From positions 193,316,001 through 193,380,000 of the forward strand of contig OZ360223.1 of assembly GCA_977017645.1 (NCBI GenBank): 64,000 nucleotides of DNA, in the 5' to 3' direction. This stretch comes from Torpedo marmorata. Taxonomy: Eukaryota. Shown piece by piece: positions 1-12,359 of this stretch. Positions within the stretch are counted from its first letter, which is position 1. Every line of letters begins with the position of its first letter. Below the pieces are notes generated by a model that was not told the origin of the DNA, did no database searches, and was given only the letters and a program-made list of their open reading frames with translations. The translations under genes were made by a program, and so were the position numbers.

Positions 1-450
1 TTCTGCTTTAGTCTTGGACAACTTTCCTCGCTGCCCACAATACCAACTTTCATGTCATTCTCAAACTTATTAATCCTACCTCCTGCACTCCCTTTTGGCT
101 TACCAGGGCCCCAGTTCCCATGCTCTTTTCTAACTCACTGAAGCGCACTCCCATTCCACTCACCGGGGACCCATTTCCCATACTCTTGTTAAACTTACAA
201 AGTGTATCGGAAATTTGTTAGTCTGTGTTAGATCTGAAAAATGTGAATTAAAAAAATGTGATGTGGTTTTAGAAGAATAATATCCAATAGCCTGGAAAAG
301 ATTTACTGGTACTGCACCAAAGTTGGAAGCATGCCAGATTATTGGTGTATTACTCTAATGGAAAATCTCTTATCTATTGAATATCATAAATCACTAATGC
401 AGGAAATATTAATTATCTGATGTTGCATGTGCATGCAATGGCCAATTCAC

Positions 451-648
451 CTGATTAATTTCCTCATGGGATGTCCAAAGAGATTGCTGCAATGGTCCCA
501 ACCGGGCTTGACTCGCCTCCATACACTCTTCCAGCTCTGCTGTCTCCTGGTGCAGTCGGTTTAGTTCCTCTTGTGCTTTCTTCAGCTCCTCCTCACAAGA
601 TAATATTTGGGCTTCCTGATTTGATATCTCAGTCTTTAGTGATGAGAT
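451..648 (-). CDS. EPS15: EPS15 coding exon (198 bp, phase 0-0; coiled coil; equivalent to human exon ~15)
   Basis: Flanked by ggtttcag| and |gtgaat. Translates ISSLKTEISNQEAQILSCEEELKKAQEELNRLHQETAELEECMEASQARLGPLQQSLWTSHEEINQ, matching human EPS15 ISSLKAELTSQESQISTYEEELAKAREELSRLQQETAELEESVESGKAQLEPLQQHL as I recall it. Confidence 0.95.
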
Positions 649-1200
649 CTGAAACCAAAGTTAATAATAAGTCAGGAATAGTCAGACAATTCCTCGGATT
701 TAATGTGCAACAAAGTTCAGCATGTCTGCTTTTCTGTGAAAGGAGAGTTAAATGATGGCATGCGAGTTGAAGTATACATAAAAGGTATGGCAGCATAGCT
801 GTTATATTATTAAGAATAATCCAAACAAGTGGAATAATGATGCAAAAACACAAATTCAAAATCCATTGATCGAGGAATTTAAATTCAGATAATTGAATAT
901 AGTTTATTTCAATTATTTGTTCACAGTAAGTGAACATCACTGGCTTTGCTATAATTTATCATCCATCTTCAGTTACTCTTGAACAGAGGAGGCAGTTAAG
1001 AATCTACCACAAGGGTTGGTATGGAATAATATACAGGCAACTCCAGACAAAAATGACACATTTCCTTCCCCAGTCAGGCTTATCATTTTGCAGTTGAGAT
1101 TTGGGAAGAGTGGCTCTTGAAGTCCTTATAGTGTATCGAATCCCTAAAATCCTGGGGCATTTGGTCAGACGTGAGCAACAAAATCTCTGTAGATTCAAAT

Positions 1201-1430
1201 CATAAGACATAGGAGCAGAAGTAGGCCAATTGGCCCATTGAGTCCGCCCCACCATTCCATCATGGCAGATTTACTACCTTTTCAACCCCTTTCTTCTGCC
1301 TTCTCCCCATAACCCTTGATTCCCTTCCTCCTCAAGAACTTATCTACCTCACTCTTAAATATACCCAATGACTTGGCCTCCACAGCTGTCTGCGAATTCC
1401 ATAGATTCACCACCACCTGGGTAAAGAAAT
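1201..1430 (-). mobile_element. CR1-type LINE 3' fragment
   Basis: Reverse strand encodes FFTQVVVNLWNS..AVEAKSLGIFKSEVDKFL..KGIKGYGEKA (CR1 ORF2 C-terminus) followed by the typical 3' tail. Confidence 0.8.
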
Positions 1431-1999
1431 TAACACCTTTATCACTCTTCTCCCATGTCCTCTTGTACATCATTGACACAACTAGGTTGGCTAAAGCTCA
1501 TTCCGCTGTGCCACCTAGGTTACTGGCTCCCGCTGCACTACATATTCTTTGTAGAATATAATGATACTGCCACCATGACTCATTTTCCTTCCTAGCTGTC
1601 AGATTAGCGGAGCTGCCTGCTGAGAATGATCGTGGATGGATTTCGCAAAAATAATGGCACTGTCTTGATGCCAGGTGTAGAAATTCTATCATTTTGATGA
1701 GAGTGTGATGCTTTTTAGTGATTTAATTTTGTTTTAAAAATGTATTTACCAGTAGATATTTTATTTTTGAGTGTGCCTTGATGTTTTTGAAATTTTTGCG
1801 ACTATCAAAGGCATCTGCAACTAAGTTTCTAAAATCAATCTGAGCCCAAAAGGAACCATTAGACATAGGAGTGGAATTGGGCCATTCGGCCCATCTAGTT
1901 CACTTGGTTAGTATTCATGTCCAATTATCAGGCCATCTAATAAAAAGCTTGTTTTTCCCGTTTTGTTTTTAAGTTTCCCTGTGAGATAAATAACCAATC

Positions 2000-3120
2000 C
2001 AAGCACACCCTGTCCCCTGCAAGGATTCCATCCCCTTCTCTCAATTTCTCCGTCTCCGCCGCATCTGTTCCCAAGATGAGGTGTTCCAGTCCAGATCTTC
2101 TGAAATGTCTGCCTTTTTCCACAAACGTGGCTTCCGCTCCACCACCATCAACTCAGCCCTCACCTCCTCCATTTCCCGCTCATCTGCCCTGGCCCCCTCT
2201 GCCCTCAGACGCAACAAACATAGAATCCTCCTCATCCTCACCTACCACCCCACCAGCCTCCGCATCCAACACATTATCCGCCAGAATTTCCGGCACTTAC
2301 TACAGGATCCCACCACCATACACATTTTTCCTTCTCCTCCCCTCTCGGCCTTCCGTAGGGACCGCTCCCTCCACGATTCCCTCGTGCACTCATCCCTCCC
2401 CACCCATCGCACCCCCGGCACCTTCCCCTGTGCCCGCAGGAGGTGCAACACCTGCGCCCACACCTCCCCCCTCACCACGGTCCGGGGCCCCAAACAAGCC
2501 TTCCAAGTGAAACTACACTTCACTTGTACATCCAGAGAACTTATTTACTGCATCCGGTGCTCCCTTTGTGGCTTTCTCTACATTGGAGAGACCGGTCGTA
2601 GATTGGGAGATCACTTTGCTGAGCACCTCCTCTTCATCCGCAACAACAGCGACCTCCCAGTAGCCAACCATTTCAATTCCGAGTCACACTCCCACACTCA
2701 CATGTCTGTCCATGGCCTTATGTACTATCCCACCCAGACTACCCGCAAATTGGAGGAACAACATCTCATTTTCTGTCTAGGCACTCTCCAGCCAGATGGC
2801 ATTAACATTGACTTTTCTGCTTTCCACTAAACCTGCTTGTCGTTTCCTTCCCCTCCCCCCTCACCTGTCCTTCCTGTTTTTTTCCACCTACCCATCCCTC
2901 CTCCCCCTCTTTGCTGCTGTCTCCTCCCTCCTTTCTCCACCTATCATCTGCCTTTGCCACCCCCCTTCCCCCCTCACTCTTTTGTTCGGACGCCTGCCGG
3001 CATTTTCTCATACTTTGATGAAGGGCTCAAGCCCGAAACGTCGGTTATGTATTTCTACCTTTGCTACATAAAAGACACTGTTTGACCTGCTGAGTTTCTC
3101 CAGCATTTGTGTGTTTTACT
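2000..3120 (+). mobile_element. Penelope-like retroelement, 5'-truncated (RT C-terminus plus GIY-YIG endonuclease)
   Basis: ORF 2081-2830 has CxxxRCNTC, FTCTSRELIYCIRC..YIGETGRRL and LEEQHLIFCLGTLQPDGIN motifs; SQFLRLRRICS upstream; 3' UTR contains gatgaagggctcaagcccgaaacg. Confidence 0.92.
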
Positions 3121-3380
3121 AATACCAATGTTTTCCTCATTTTGTTTTAATGCAGTTCTATCCATCACATTTCACCTCCACTTCTAGTCAGCACCTTCTT
3201 GTGACAAAGTTGCAGAAATGAGACGGTAAATGTTAAGACCAGCTTTTGCTGAACAGCTGGAAAATAATTATGACCACTATATGGTGGTGTAGCTGTTAGC
3301 CCTACAATGAACTTCACGATAAAAATTGATCAAGTGATCAATTGCTCACGTAATAATGTTTACAACAAACAACAACATAC

Positions 3381-3542
3381 CAACTGTGTCTCCTCTGAGC
3401 ATTTCTGCCTTATGTCATTTAGTTGCTCCTCGAGTTTGTTTTTCTGTTGATCCAAGCCACTGAGCACATCTTGTACTTCTTGCCTCTGCTCTTGTAATTT
3501 CTGTAGGTTTGTGCTTTCCTTGTCAACTTCATCCTGGAGATC
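3381..3542 (-). CDS. EPS15: EPS15 coding exon (162 bp, phase 0-0; coiled coil; human exon ~14)
   Basis: Flanked by ttttttgactgcag| and |gtatgt. Translates DLQDEVDKESTNLQKLQEQRQEVQDVLSGLDQQKNKLEEQLNDIRQKCSEETQL; human has DLQDEVQRENTNLQKLQAQKQQVQELLDELDEQKAQLEEQLKEVRKKCAEEAQL. Confidence 0.96.
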
Positions 3543-3616
3543 CTGCAGTCAAAAAAGTCAATTAATATAAAAAACATATCTCAGCAATGAAAGTGTTAAA
3601 ATATACACACTTGATG

Positions 3617-5441
3617 GCAAAAAGAAGACATGAGGTTGCTTTGGCAGATAATGTGAAGGTAAACCCGAAGGATTTCTACAAGTATATTAAGAGTAAAAGG
3701 ATAGTAAGGGACAAAATTGGTCCCCTAGAGGATCAGAGTGGTCAACTATGTGTGGAGCCTCACAAAATGGGGGAGAACTTAAACCGTTTTTTTGCATCAG
3801 TATTTACTCAGGAAACTGGCAGTGCATAAGGAAGGAAGGGAAACAAACAGAAGTGTCATGGAACATATGGAAATTAAGGAGGAGGAGGTGATGCTTGCTG
3901 CCTTACGACGAATAAAGGTAGATAAATCCCCCGGGCCGGATATGATAATCCCTCGGACCTTGAGGGAGATGAGTGTAGTAATTGCTGGGGCCCTGGTTGA
4001 TATATTCAAAATATCCTTAGCCACGGGTGAGGTGCCAGAGGATTGGAGGGTAGCTCATGTTGTCCCGTTGTTTAAAAAAGTAGTAGGTAAATTATTGGAA
4101 GGAGTTCTGAGAGATAGGATATATAGGTATTTGGACAGCCATGGGCTGATTAAAGTCAGTCAGCATGGCTTTGTGCGTGGTAGGTCATGTTTAACAAATC
4201 TTGTAGAGTTTTTCGAGGAGGTTACCAAGAAGGTAGATGAAGGAAAGGCTGTGGATGTTGTCTATGTGGACTTTAGTAAAGCCTTTGACAAGGTCCCACA
4301 TGGGAGGTTAGTTCAGAAGGTTAAGACATTAGGTATCCATGGAGAGGTTGTAAACTGGATTCGAAATTGGCTGTGTGGGAGAAAACAGAGAGTGGTAGTG
4401 GATGGTTGCTTCTCAGACTGGAGGCCTGTGACTAGTGGTGTGCCTCAGGGAGCTGTGTTGGGACCATTGTTGTTTGTTGTCTATATCAATGATCTGGATG
4501 ATAATGTAGTAAATTGGACCAGCAAGTTTGCTGATGACACAAAGATAGGAGGCGTTGTGGACAGCAAGGAAGATTTTCAAAGCTTGCAGAGGGATCTGGA
4601 CCAACTGGGAGAATGGGCCAAAAAATGGCAGATGGAGTTTATTGCAGACATGTGTGAGGTGTTGCATTTTGGAAGGGCAAACCAAGGTAGGGCATACACA
4701 GTAAATGGTAGGGTACTGAGGAGTGCGGAGGAGCAGAGAGATCTGGTAATACAGATATAAAATTCCCTGAAGGTGGCGTCGCAGGTGGACAGGGTTGTAA
4801 AGAAAGCTTTTGGCATCTTAGCCTTTATAAATCAAAGTATTGAGTACAGGAGTTGGAATGTTATGTTGAAGTTGTTTAAGACATTGGTGAGGCCAAATTT
4901 GGAATATTGCGTGCAGTTCTGGTCACCTAACTAGAGGAAGGATATCAGTAAGATTGAAAGAGTGCAGAGAAGATTCACTAGGATGTTGCCGGGTCTTCAG
5001 GAGTTGAGTTACAGGGAAAGATTAAACAGGTTAGGACTTTATTCCTTGGAGCGAAGAAGAATGAGGGGAGATTTGATAGAGGTTTACAAGATTATGAGAG
5101 GTATAGACAGAATGGATGCGAGTAGGCTTTTTCCACTTTGACTGGGGGAGATAAATGAGAGGTCATAGTTTTAAGCTGAAAGGGGAAAAGTTTAGGGGGA
5201 ACATTAGGGGAAAGTTCTTCACTCAGAGAGTGGTGGGAGTGTGGAATGAGCTGCCATCTGATGTGGTGAATGCGGGCTCGATCATAAGTTTTAAGAATAA
5301 ATTGGATAAATACATGGATGGGAGAGGTCTGGAGGGTTATGGAATGGGAGCAGGTCAATGGGACTAGCGGAATGATGGTTGGCACAGACTAGAAGGGCCA
5401 AATGGCCTGTTTTCTGTGCTGTAGTGTTCTATGGTTCTATG
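3617..5441 (+). mobile_element. CR1 LINE, 5'-truncated ORF2 (RT) with 3' microsatellite tail
   Basis: KSPGPD, QHGFVRGRSCLTNL, DFSKAFDKV, GVPQGAVLGP and KFADD motifs; internal deletion near 4078; stop codons; ends in ttctatggttctatg. Confidence 0.95.
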
Positions 5442-7327
5442 ATGTAAAATCTCCTGTAATATTCAAAACAGAAAATTAAACCACTGCTCAGAGCACTTTT
5501 TTGACAATCTACACGGGATAATCCAATTATGACAACTTTTGTCGTGCTTGATATTCATAAATTACATTTTTCAGTCTCAGAACTGTTGCTGGCATACTTA
5601 TAATTACAATACATAAATCAGTACAGTTTTATTTCACTGAGGATTGTTTCATTTCATTTAATGTCTATTAATTTAAGCTAACAGAACCATTTATAACTCA
5701 CAGGTCTTTTTCATACTTTAAATATAATGCAATAGCACATGATATTGACTATGTATGCTAAAAACACAACCTCCAATGTGATTAAAATCAGTGGCATTAC
5801 CTTCTTGGGGAGCATTAATACCAAAACATCCTTGCCACTCCTCAGCCACTCCACAATCTCTATTCCTTTCCCAAAACACTGAATTGCAAGGTCAGGAGGT
5901 GCCGCACTTGCCCTTTCACCTCCACCTTGCCAAAGCCACAATGCTTCCCTTCCATCTGACAGCAATTTCCACTCTTCACTGGACAAATAAAATGCAAACT
6001 GGCTGATCATTCTGCTGAATTCCCCCCTTCAGTCCACAACCATGATTCAAAGCTTCCTTATATGCACCATATTAATTATCTGTCCTACTTCCATTCTGCT
6101 CAGTTCTCAACACTATTCCTTGGAAGCTCAATGTTAGTTTGTGGAATAAGCTTAAATCATTGAGTTTGAACATTTTAGAAGATAACCACTGCTCCTGTTC
6201 TTTGGTGTAGCAGGTGCTGGCAATGATACTGCTATCCATCTACCACCTTTTTCCTCATTTAAAAAAAAATATTTGACACCTTTTTTGCCTTGTCATATCT
6301 TTTATCCAACCAAATAATATTTCTTCCTCTTCATTTATTTCATCCTCTCTCCACACTTTCTCAATCTCTTTTTCTTATTATATCTCATTAAAATTCTAAA
6401 GTTTCCAGCACCGATGAAGGTCAATGAACTTATATATTAATTAACTTAAATATCAACTCTCTTTTAGTCGTCATAACTGCTAAATTATCTGTTTTTATTG
6501 CAACTTTCCAGAAATAGTAGAAATTTGGCCTTAATTAGACTGCTTGTAAATCTTATTAATTTCTAAAAGAAAGAATGCCAGTTTATATACTATTGCAAAT
6601 GTTTCTTTCCTACTTCACCAGTATTGTAATTACATGTTTGTTTCTTGCTTCCATTTCCCCAAAGACATACAAGATTTATTTTTAACACTGGTTACAGACT
6701 CTGCTTTGACTTTCGTAATATAACCCAAGGACTACAGTATCATCACACACTGAAATACAATGCTTCCTTTTAAATTCATTAATCACTTTTGTAAACCGGT
6801 GTTTCTCTCTCTTCAATTATCTATCTTAAAGCTATTTACAAAAAATATTGAAAAATTATAAGGAGAAAATATTTTACTGATGTTTCATAATACTGCACTG
6901 ATCAAGTGCCCCACCCAGAACTCATATATCCACACTGAACTTGGTCAGACGTGGAAGGCTATATAGTTGGCCCAATCATATCCCAGAGTCCAGCAGCGTG
7001 TTCTGGACAGCAGCAATGCTTTGGGTGGAGCAAGGGGAGCCTTGAGATTTTGGCTCAATTTCTATCTCTCTATTAATACTGTCTGGCCTGCTCACCATGT
7101 TCCACAACCCTGGTATTGACAAAGAAGCAAAATTTGCCACTTTTGCTCATTCTTGGCAGTTCGCAAGGCTGGAGGCAGGGTTTTGCCAGTTGTGAAGGTT
7201 TAAGTGGTTTCAACAGTATTTAAATCTTGAACATATTTTTAAAATATTAAAACTGGAGTTCATAATCATAAAAAATTAAAACCTAAAATTGTAAAGAACT
7301 AAAAATGCATAATTATAAATGTTAAAC

Positions 7328-7684
7328 TGTAGCGCGTCGCTACGGCTATAGCTCTGCGCATCGAGTTGGTCGTCGCTCTAGTTCTGGAGCTCAGGAGAGA
7401 GATACACACCCTCCGAGCGTCAAGACAGAACTGCCTATTCTGCCGTCGGCTCTGCCTTTTATAGGCGGGCCGAGCCTGACTGCTGCGTCACGGATGGGGC
7501 GTGGCCTAAGGCGTGACGCCCAGGATTGGTCGAGCCACGATCCATCCTTAGGGATTGGCCCGTTCACTCCTCGCCGTTGTGGCCTATGGGAACGGGCCGT
7601 CCGAATCACGTGCCGCCTGCGCGATCGCCGTGTTCGAACACGGCTCTCTGTGTCGGCCTGCGGAGTAGGTCGCGGGCTGCTACA
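7328..7684 (-). repeat. 3' LTR of the Gypsy element (357 bp)
   Basis: About 95% identical to 11430-11784 by my count (about 17 substitutions, mostly transitions, plus a 2-bp indel); adjacent PPT ggttctggggggggg; TATAAAA and two CCAAT boxes on the minus strand. Confidence 0.95.
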
Positions 7685-10600
7685 CAACCCCCCCCAGAAC
7701 CGGCGATCTGTGCGGTGGCCTTGTCCTTGGGAGGCCGCCCCCTGCGGCGTGGTATAGGGTGATTGACTGGTTGGCCAGGGTCCAGGTGTGCTGGCTTGAG
7801 TTGGTCAACCGCGACCGTTTCCTCCCTGCCGCCAACATCTATGACACAAGTGGAGCCGTTGTGTTTGATAACCCGGTACGGCCCTTCGTACGGTCGTTGG
7901 AGTGGTGGCCGATGCGCCCCTCGCCTTACAAACACATGCCTGCAGTCCTTCAAGTTCCTTGGAATATATGTTTTAGGCTGGCCGTGCGCCCTGGGCTGTG
8001 CCGGGGCCAGCGTACCCAGTTGTTGCCGCAGACGAGTCAGGGCTACCGCTGGAGTGTCCTCCATGTTCCGGGCGTCGGCCAGGAACTCACCCAGGATGAC
8101 CAGGGGTGCGCCATAGACCATCTCCGCTGCAGACACGTCAAAATCGTCTTTGGGCACGGTGCGGATGCCCAGAAGAACCCAAGGCAGTTCATCAGCCCAG
8201 TGTGGTCCTGTGAGCCAAGCCATAAGGGCCGATTTGAGGTGCCTGTGGAACCTCTCCACCAACCCGTTGGCCTGAGGATGGTATGTCGTAGTATGATGGA
8301 GTTGTGTTCCCAGGGTGTTGGCCAAAGCCTCCCACAGGCTGGAGGTGAACTGGGCACCTCTGTCCGACGTAAGGTGCTCCCGGACTCCAAACCGCGCCAC
8401 CCAAGTACTTAGCAAGGCCCTGGCACACGACTCTGCGGATGTTTCCACAAGCGGGACTGCTTCTGGCCACCTAGTCAGACGATCCATCATGGTCAATAGG
8501 TATCGAGCACCTCTTGACACTGGCAGTGGGCCTACAATGTCCACATGCACATGGTTGAACCTCCGTCGTGCCGGCTCGAATGACTGGAGAGGGGCTTTAA
8601 TGTGCGTCTGCACCTTTGACGCCTGGCAATGCATGCAGGTCTTGGCCCACTGACTAACCTCCTTACAGAGACCATGCCATACGAACCAGCTTGCCACCAT
8701 CTTAACCGTGGTTCTGATGGCTGGGTGCGCCAGGTTGTGGATCGTGTCGAAAACCCGTTTTCTTCACGCTGCGGGTATGACGGGTCTCGGCGTACCAGTC
8801 GAGGTGTCGCACAAAAGCATCTGCTTTCCTGGGCCGATGCGAACGTCCTCCAGACGGAGACCGGTTACCGCCGTCCGGTATGCAGGTATGCCGAGGTCTG
8901 CTCGTTGTGCCTCAGCCAGGGCTGCATAGTCAATGCCTGAGGCGAGGGCGTGTACTTCCAGTATGACTGGCCGAGATAGCGCATCGGCCACCACATTCGA
9001 CTTCCCGGCAATGTGTGCTATATCCATGGAGAACTCGGACACGTACCTTTGCTGCCTGGCTGACCATGGGTCCGACACTTTGCCGAAAGCAAAGATGAGC
9101 GGCTTGTGGTCCGTGAATATTTTGAACCTCCTGCCCTCCAGGAAGTATCGGAAATGTCGGACCGCCAGGTATAGAGCTAAGAGCTCCCGATCAAAGGCAC
9201 TGTACTTGAATTCCGGTGGGCGGAGGTGCTTGCTGAAAAAGGCCAGCGGCTGCCATTTTACAGCGATCAGCTGCTCAAGTACTCCCCCGACCGCTGCGTT
9301 GGAGGCGTCCACAGTGAGGGCTGTCGGGGCGTCTGTCCTAGGATGCACCAGAAGGGTGGCGTTTGCCAGGGCGTCTTTGGCGGCTCGGAAAGCCTCTGAT
9401 GCCCCCTGTGTCCATTCGATTTCTTTCTTTGGGCCTGCCATGAGGGAGAATAAGGGCCGCATGATGCCAGCTGCTGCCGGTATGAAACGATGATAAAAGT
9501 TAATCATACCGACAAACTCCTGCAGGCCCTTTATCGTTGCGGACTTTGAAAATGATCGGATGACCTCCACCTTTTCGGGTATTGGCCTGGCCCCATCCCT
9601 GTTAATTTTGGTGCCCCAGGAAATCGATGGACTCCCGCCCGAACTGGCACTTGGCAGGGTTGATTATCAACCCGAACTCCTTCAGGCGGGTGCACACCTG
9701 TCTTATATGGATGGCATGTTCAGCACGATTGCGGCTGGCTATCAGTATGTCGTCCAAATTAATGAAGGTGAACTTGAGATCCCGGCCCACCGCGTCCATC
9801 AACCTCTGGAAGGTTTGAGCTGCGTTCTTCAGGCCGAACGGCATTCGAAGAAACTCAAACAGACCAAAGGGGGTGATAATGGCAGTCTTGGCGATGTCTT
9901 CCAGCTGAACCAGGATCTGATGATAGCCCTTAACGAGGTCCACCTTTGAGAATATACGTGCCCCCTGTAGATTAGCGGTGAAGTCCTGGATGTGGGGCAC
10001 CGGATATCTGTCCGGTGTGGTGGCCTCGTTGAGACGGCGGTAATCCCCGCATGGTCTCCAGCCCCCTGCTGCCTTGGGCACCATGTGGAGTGGGGAGGCC
10101 CAGGGGCTGTCAGAACGCCGCACAATGCCCAACTCTTCCATCTTCCGGAACTCTTCTTTGGCGAGATTCAGCTTCTCGGGAGGAAGGCAGCGCGCCCTGG
10201 TGTGAAGGGGAGGTCCCGTCGTCATGATATGATGCTGAACTCCATGCCTAGGTTCCGCCGAGGAGAAATGTGGCGTCGTGATGGCAGGGAATTCGGCCCT
10301 AATCCGTGCCATCTCATTGTCCGTAGCTGCTACCGAGTGCAGACAGGGGGCAGTGAGCTCAGTTCCACTCAGGGAAAGAGTCTGAAAAGTTGTGGCATGC
10401 ACTAATCTTCGCCCCTTAATGTCCACAAGTCGGGAATTGGCCGCACCGCCGCCAGCGTGAACTTCCAGGTAAAATGATTATCCCCAAAACGGAGGGGGAT
10501 GGTGCGGGTGCCAAAAGTGCAAATATCCGAATTATTGGCCGCTCTCAGCCCTTGTCCAACCCTGCTGCTGCGGATGTCGGAGCTGGAAGGTGGAAAAACA

Positions 10601-10722
10601 CTGACTTCGGCCCCGGTATCGACCAGGAACCGGCGGCCCGACATGATGTCCTGTACACGGAGTAGGTTGTGATGCAGGCTGACCACCGCAACCATCAACG
10701 GCGGCCGGCGCAGGCTTTTCCC
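7606..10722 (-). pseudogene. Gypsy pol (protease, RT, RNase H, integrase), disrupted
   Basis: FLVDTGAEVS; [16 protein letters not shown]; catalytic YLDD mutated to NLDD; TVDAS..ELLALYLA..TDHKPL; VHVDIVGPL..SDRG..NGLVERFH; GPY motif. Contains frameshifts, a small deletion near 10430 and a TGA at 8764. Confidence 0.92.
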
Positions 10723-11387
10723 TGAAATGCACAGGGGGAACGGCATCGACGAGCCTCGAAACCCCACCGCTGGTGGTAGAAACAGTACTCCTGACCGGTG
10801 GGCTCCATCGGTTGGCGGGTCAACTATTCGGGAAGCCGCCCACTCGTTCGTCGCGGACGAGACGTGGACACTTGCTCCATTGTCGCACAGTCGACTTTCT
10901 TCGCCACCCAGAGCACATCCGCTCGGGCAGCTACCTTCCTGGGGTCACTGAAATCCGCTTCCGCGAGCAACAGCCGGATGTCCTCTGGCAATCGCTCCAG
11001 GAAAACCTGCTCGAGCAGCAGGCAAGGTCTGTGGTCATCCGTTAAGGCAAGCATGTCGCTCATGAGGGCGGAAGGGGCCCTGTCCCCCAAGCCGTCCATA
11101 TGCAACAATCGGGCTGCCCGCTCTCGCCTCGAGAGCCCGAAAGTGCAGGACAATAGCTCCTTGATGGCCACATACCTCCCCTGCTCTGGAGGACGCCGCA
11201 GGAAGTCCACAATCCTGGCCGCCGTCTCCTGCTCAAGGGCGCTTACCACGTGGTAATAGCGGGCTGTGTTGTCGGAGATTCTTCGAAGGGCGAACTGTGC
11301 TTCGGCTTGCTCGAACCATACCAGCGGCTGCGATGTCCAGAAGCTCGGCAGCTTCAACAAAACCACGTTGATTGAAGCTTGTTCCAT
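10695..11387 (-). pseudogene. Gypsy gag (CsRN1-type) with a premature TAG at 10824-10826
   Basis: KLPSFWTSQPLVWFEQAEAQF N-terminal motif; after the stop the same frame continues with CFYHQRWGFEARRCRSPC (C-X2-H-X9-C-X3-C). Confidence 0.9.
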
Positions 11388-11415
11388 CTTCAGGTCCAAA
11401 TCGCAGTTTGGACCA

Positions 11416-11428
11416 GTCGGGGTCACCA
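11416..11428 (-). promoter_or_regulatory. Primer-binding site complementary to the tRNA-Trp 3' end
   Basis: TGGTGACCCCGAC one base inside the 5' LTR; matches the first 13 nt of the canonical Trp PBS TGGTGACCCCGACGTGAT. Confidence 0.9.
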
Positions 11429-11429
11429 C

Positions 11430-11784
11430 TGTAGTGCATCGCTATGGCTATAGCTCTGCGCGTCGAGTTGGTCGTCGCTCTAATTCTGGAGCTCAGGAGA
11501 GAGATACACACCCTCCGAGCGTCAAGACAGAACTGCCTATTCTGCCGTCGGCTCTGCCTTTTATAGGTGGGCCGAGCCTGACTGCTGCGTCGCGGATGGG
11601 GCGTGGCCTAAGGCGCGACGCCCAGGATTGGTCGGGCTACGATCCATCCTTGGGGATTGGCCCATTCCCTCCTTGCCGTTGTGGCCTATGGAAACGGGCC
11701 GTCCGAATCACGTGCCGCCTGCGCGATCGCCGTGTTCGAACACGGCTCCGTGTCGGCCTGCGGAGTAGGTCGCGGGCCGCTACA
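11430..11784 (-). repeat. 5' LTR of the Gypsy element (355 bp)
   Basis: Direct repeat of 7328-7684, followed on the minus strand by the PBS. Confidence 0.95.
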
Positions 11785-12164
11785 AAACCAAAATATTTTT
11801 TTCTCTAAAATGGTAATGTATATTTGCCACCTAAATTTCTCACTTGACAATGTTCATTGAAATCAATGAGGTCTTGGGTGAGGTACTTATTGAGCTTCAT
11901 CTGTCAACACCGTCAGCAAGTCTCAGATATCTGAGTTTCACAGATATCAAATACTGAAGTTCAGTACAAGTTGCAATGGCTGAATTCCATCAGTTCCAAC
12001 TGCAACATTTCTCATTTCAGCATAATCCTTCCCACTGTGATTCATCCTCAAATTTCAGAGACTCCGAAGTACAATAAAAGTCCAACTTCAGACTGAAGTA
12101 CATGTAATGTTACAACATCAAAAAAGATGTATATAGTTGTAAATTTCCAAAAAAGGCTGACATA

Positions 12165-12350
12165 TTAAACTTGGGACCCAGGAACCCAAACAGTCTTTCC
12201 AGGTGAAACAGCGATCCTCTTGCACCTCCCAAACTAGTGTCTTGCTTACATAGGTGAAATCAAACGCAGGTTGAGTGATTGCTTTAAGGAGCACCCACAT
12301 TCTGTCTGCAGGTGTGACCCTCAGCTCCTACTTGCTTGCCACTTTAATTG
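12165..12350 (+). mobile_element. Degenerate Penelope GIY-YIG fragment
   Basis: ggaacccaaacagtctttccaggtgaaacag...acataggtgaaatcaaacgcaggttg resembles 2480-2680. Confidence 0.65.
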
Positions 12351-12359
12351 TGGAGTTAG

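Larger units (their letters stand above)
7328..11784 (-). mobile_element. Full-length Ty3/Gypsy LTR retrotransposon, CsRN1-like clade (4457 bp), inactivated
   Basis: TG...CA LTRs at 7328-7684 and 11430-11784; 4-bp TSD AAAC (7324-7327 and 11785-11788); tRNA-Trp PBS; polypurine tract; gag with CHCC motif; DTG protease, RT, RNase H and integrase in order. Confidence 0.96.

Noticed and set aside
85-200. Two degenerate ~60-bp tandem copies
   Set aside because: Low identity and only two units; no functional inference possible.
1580-1680. Plus-strand exon-like segment (cattttccttcctag ... CAG|gtgtag)
   Set aside because: Stops in all three frames, weak donor and no partner exons.
7494-11860. Many overlapping plus-strand ORFs in the Gypsy element
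   Set aside because: Expected in GC-rich sequence antisense to gag-pol; no recognisable domains.
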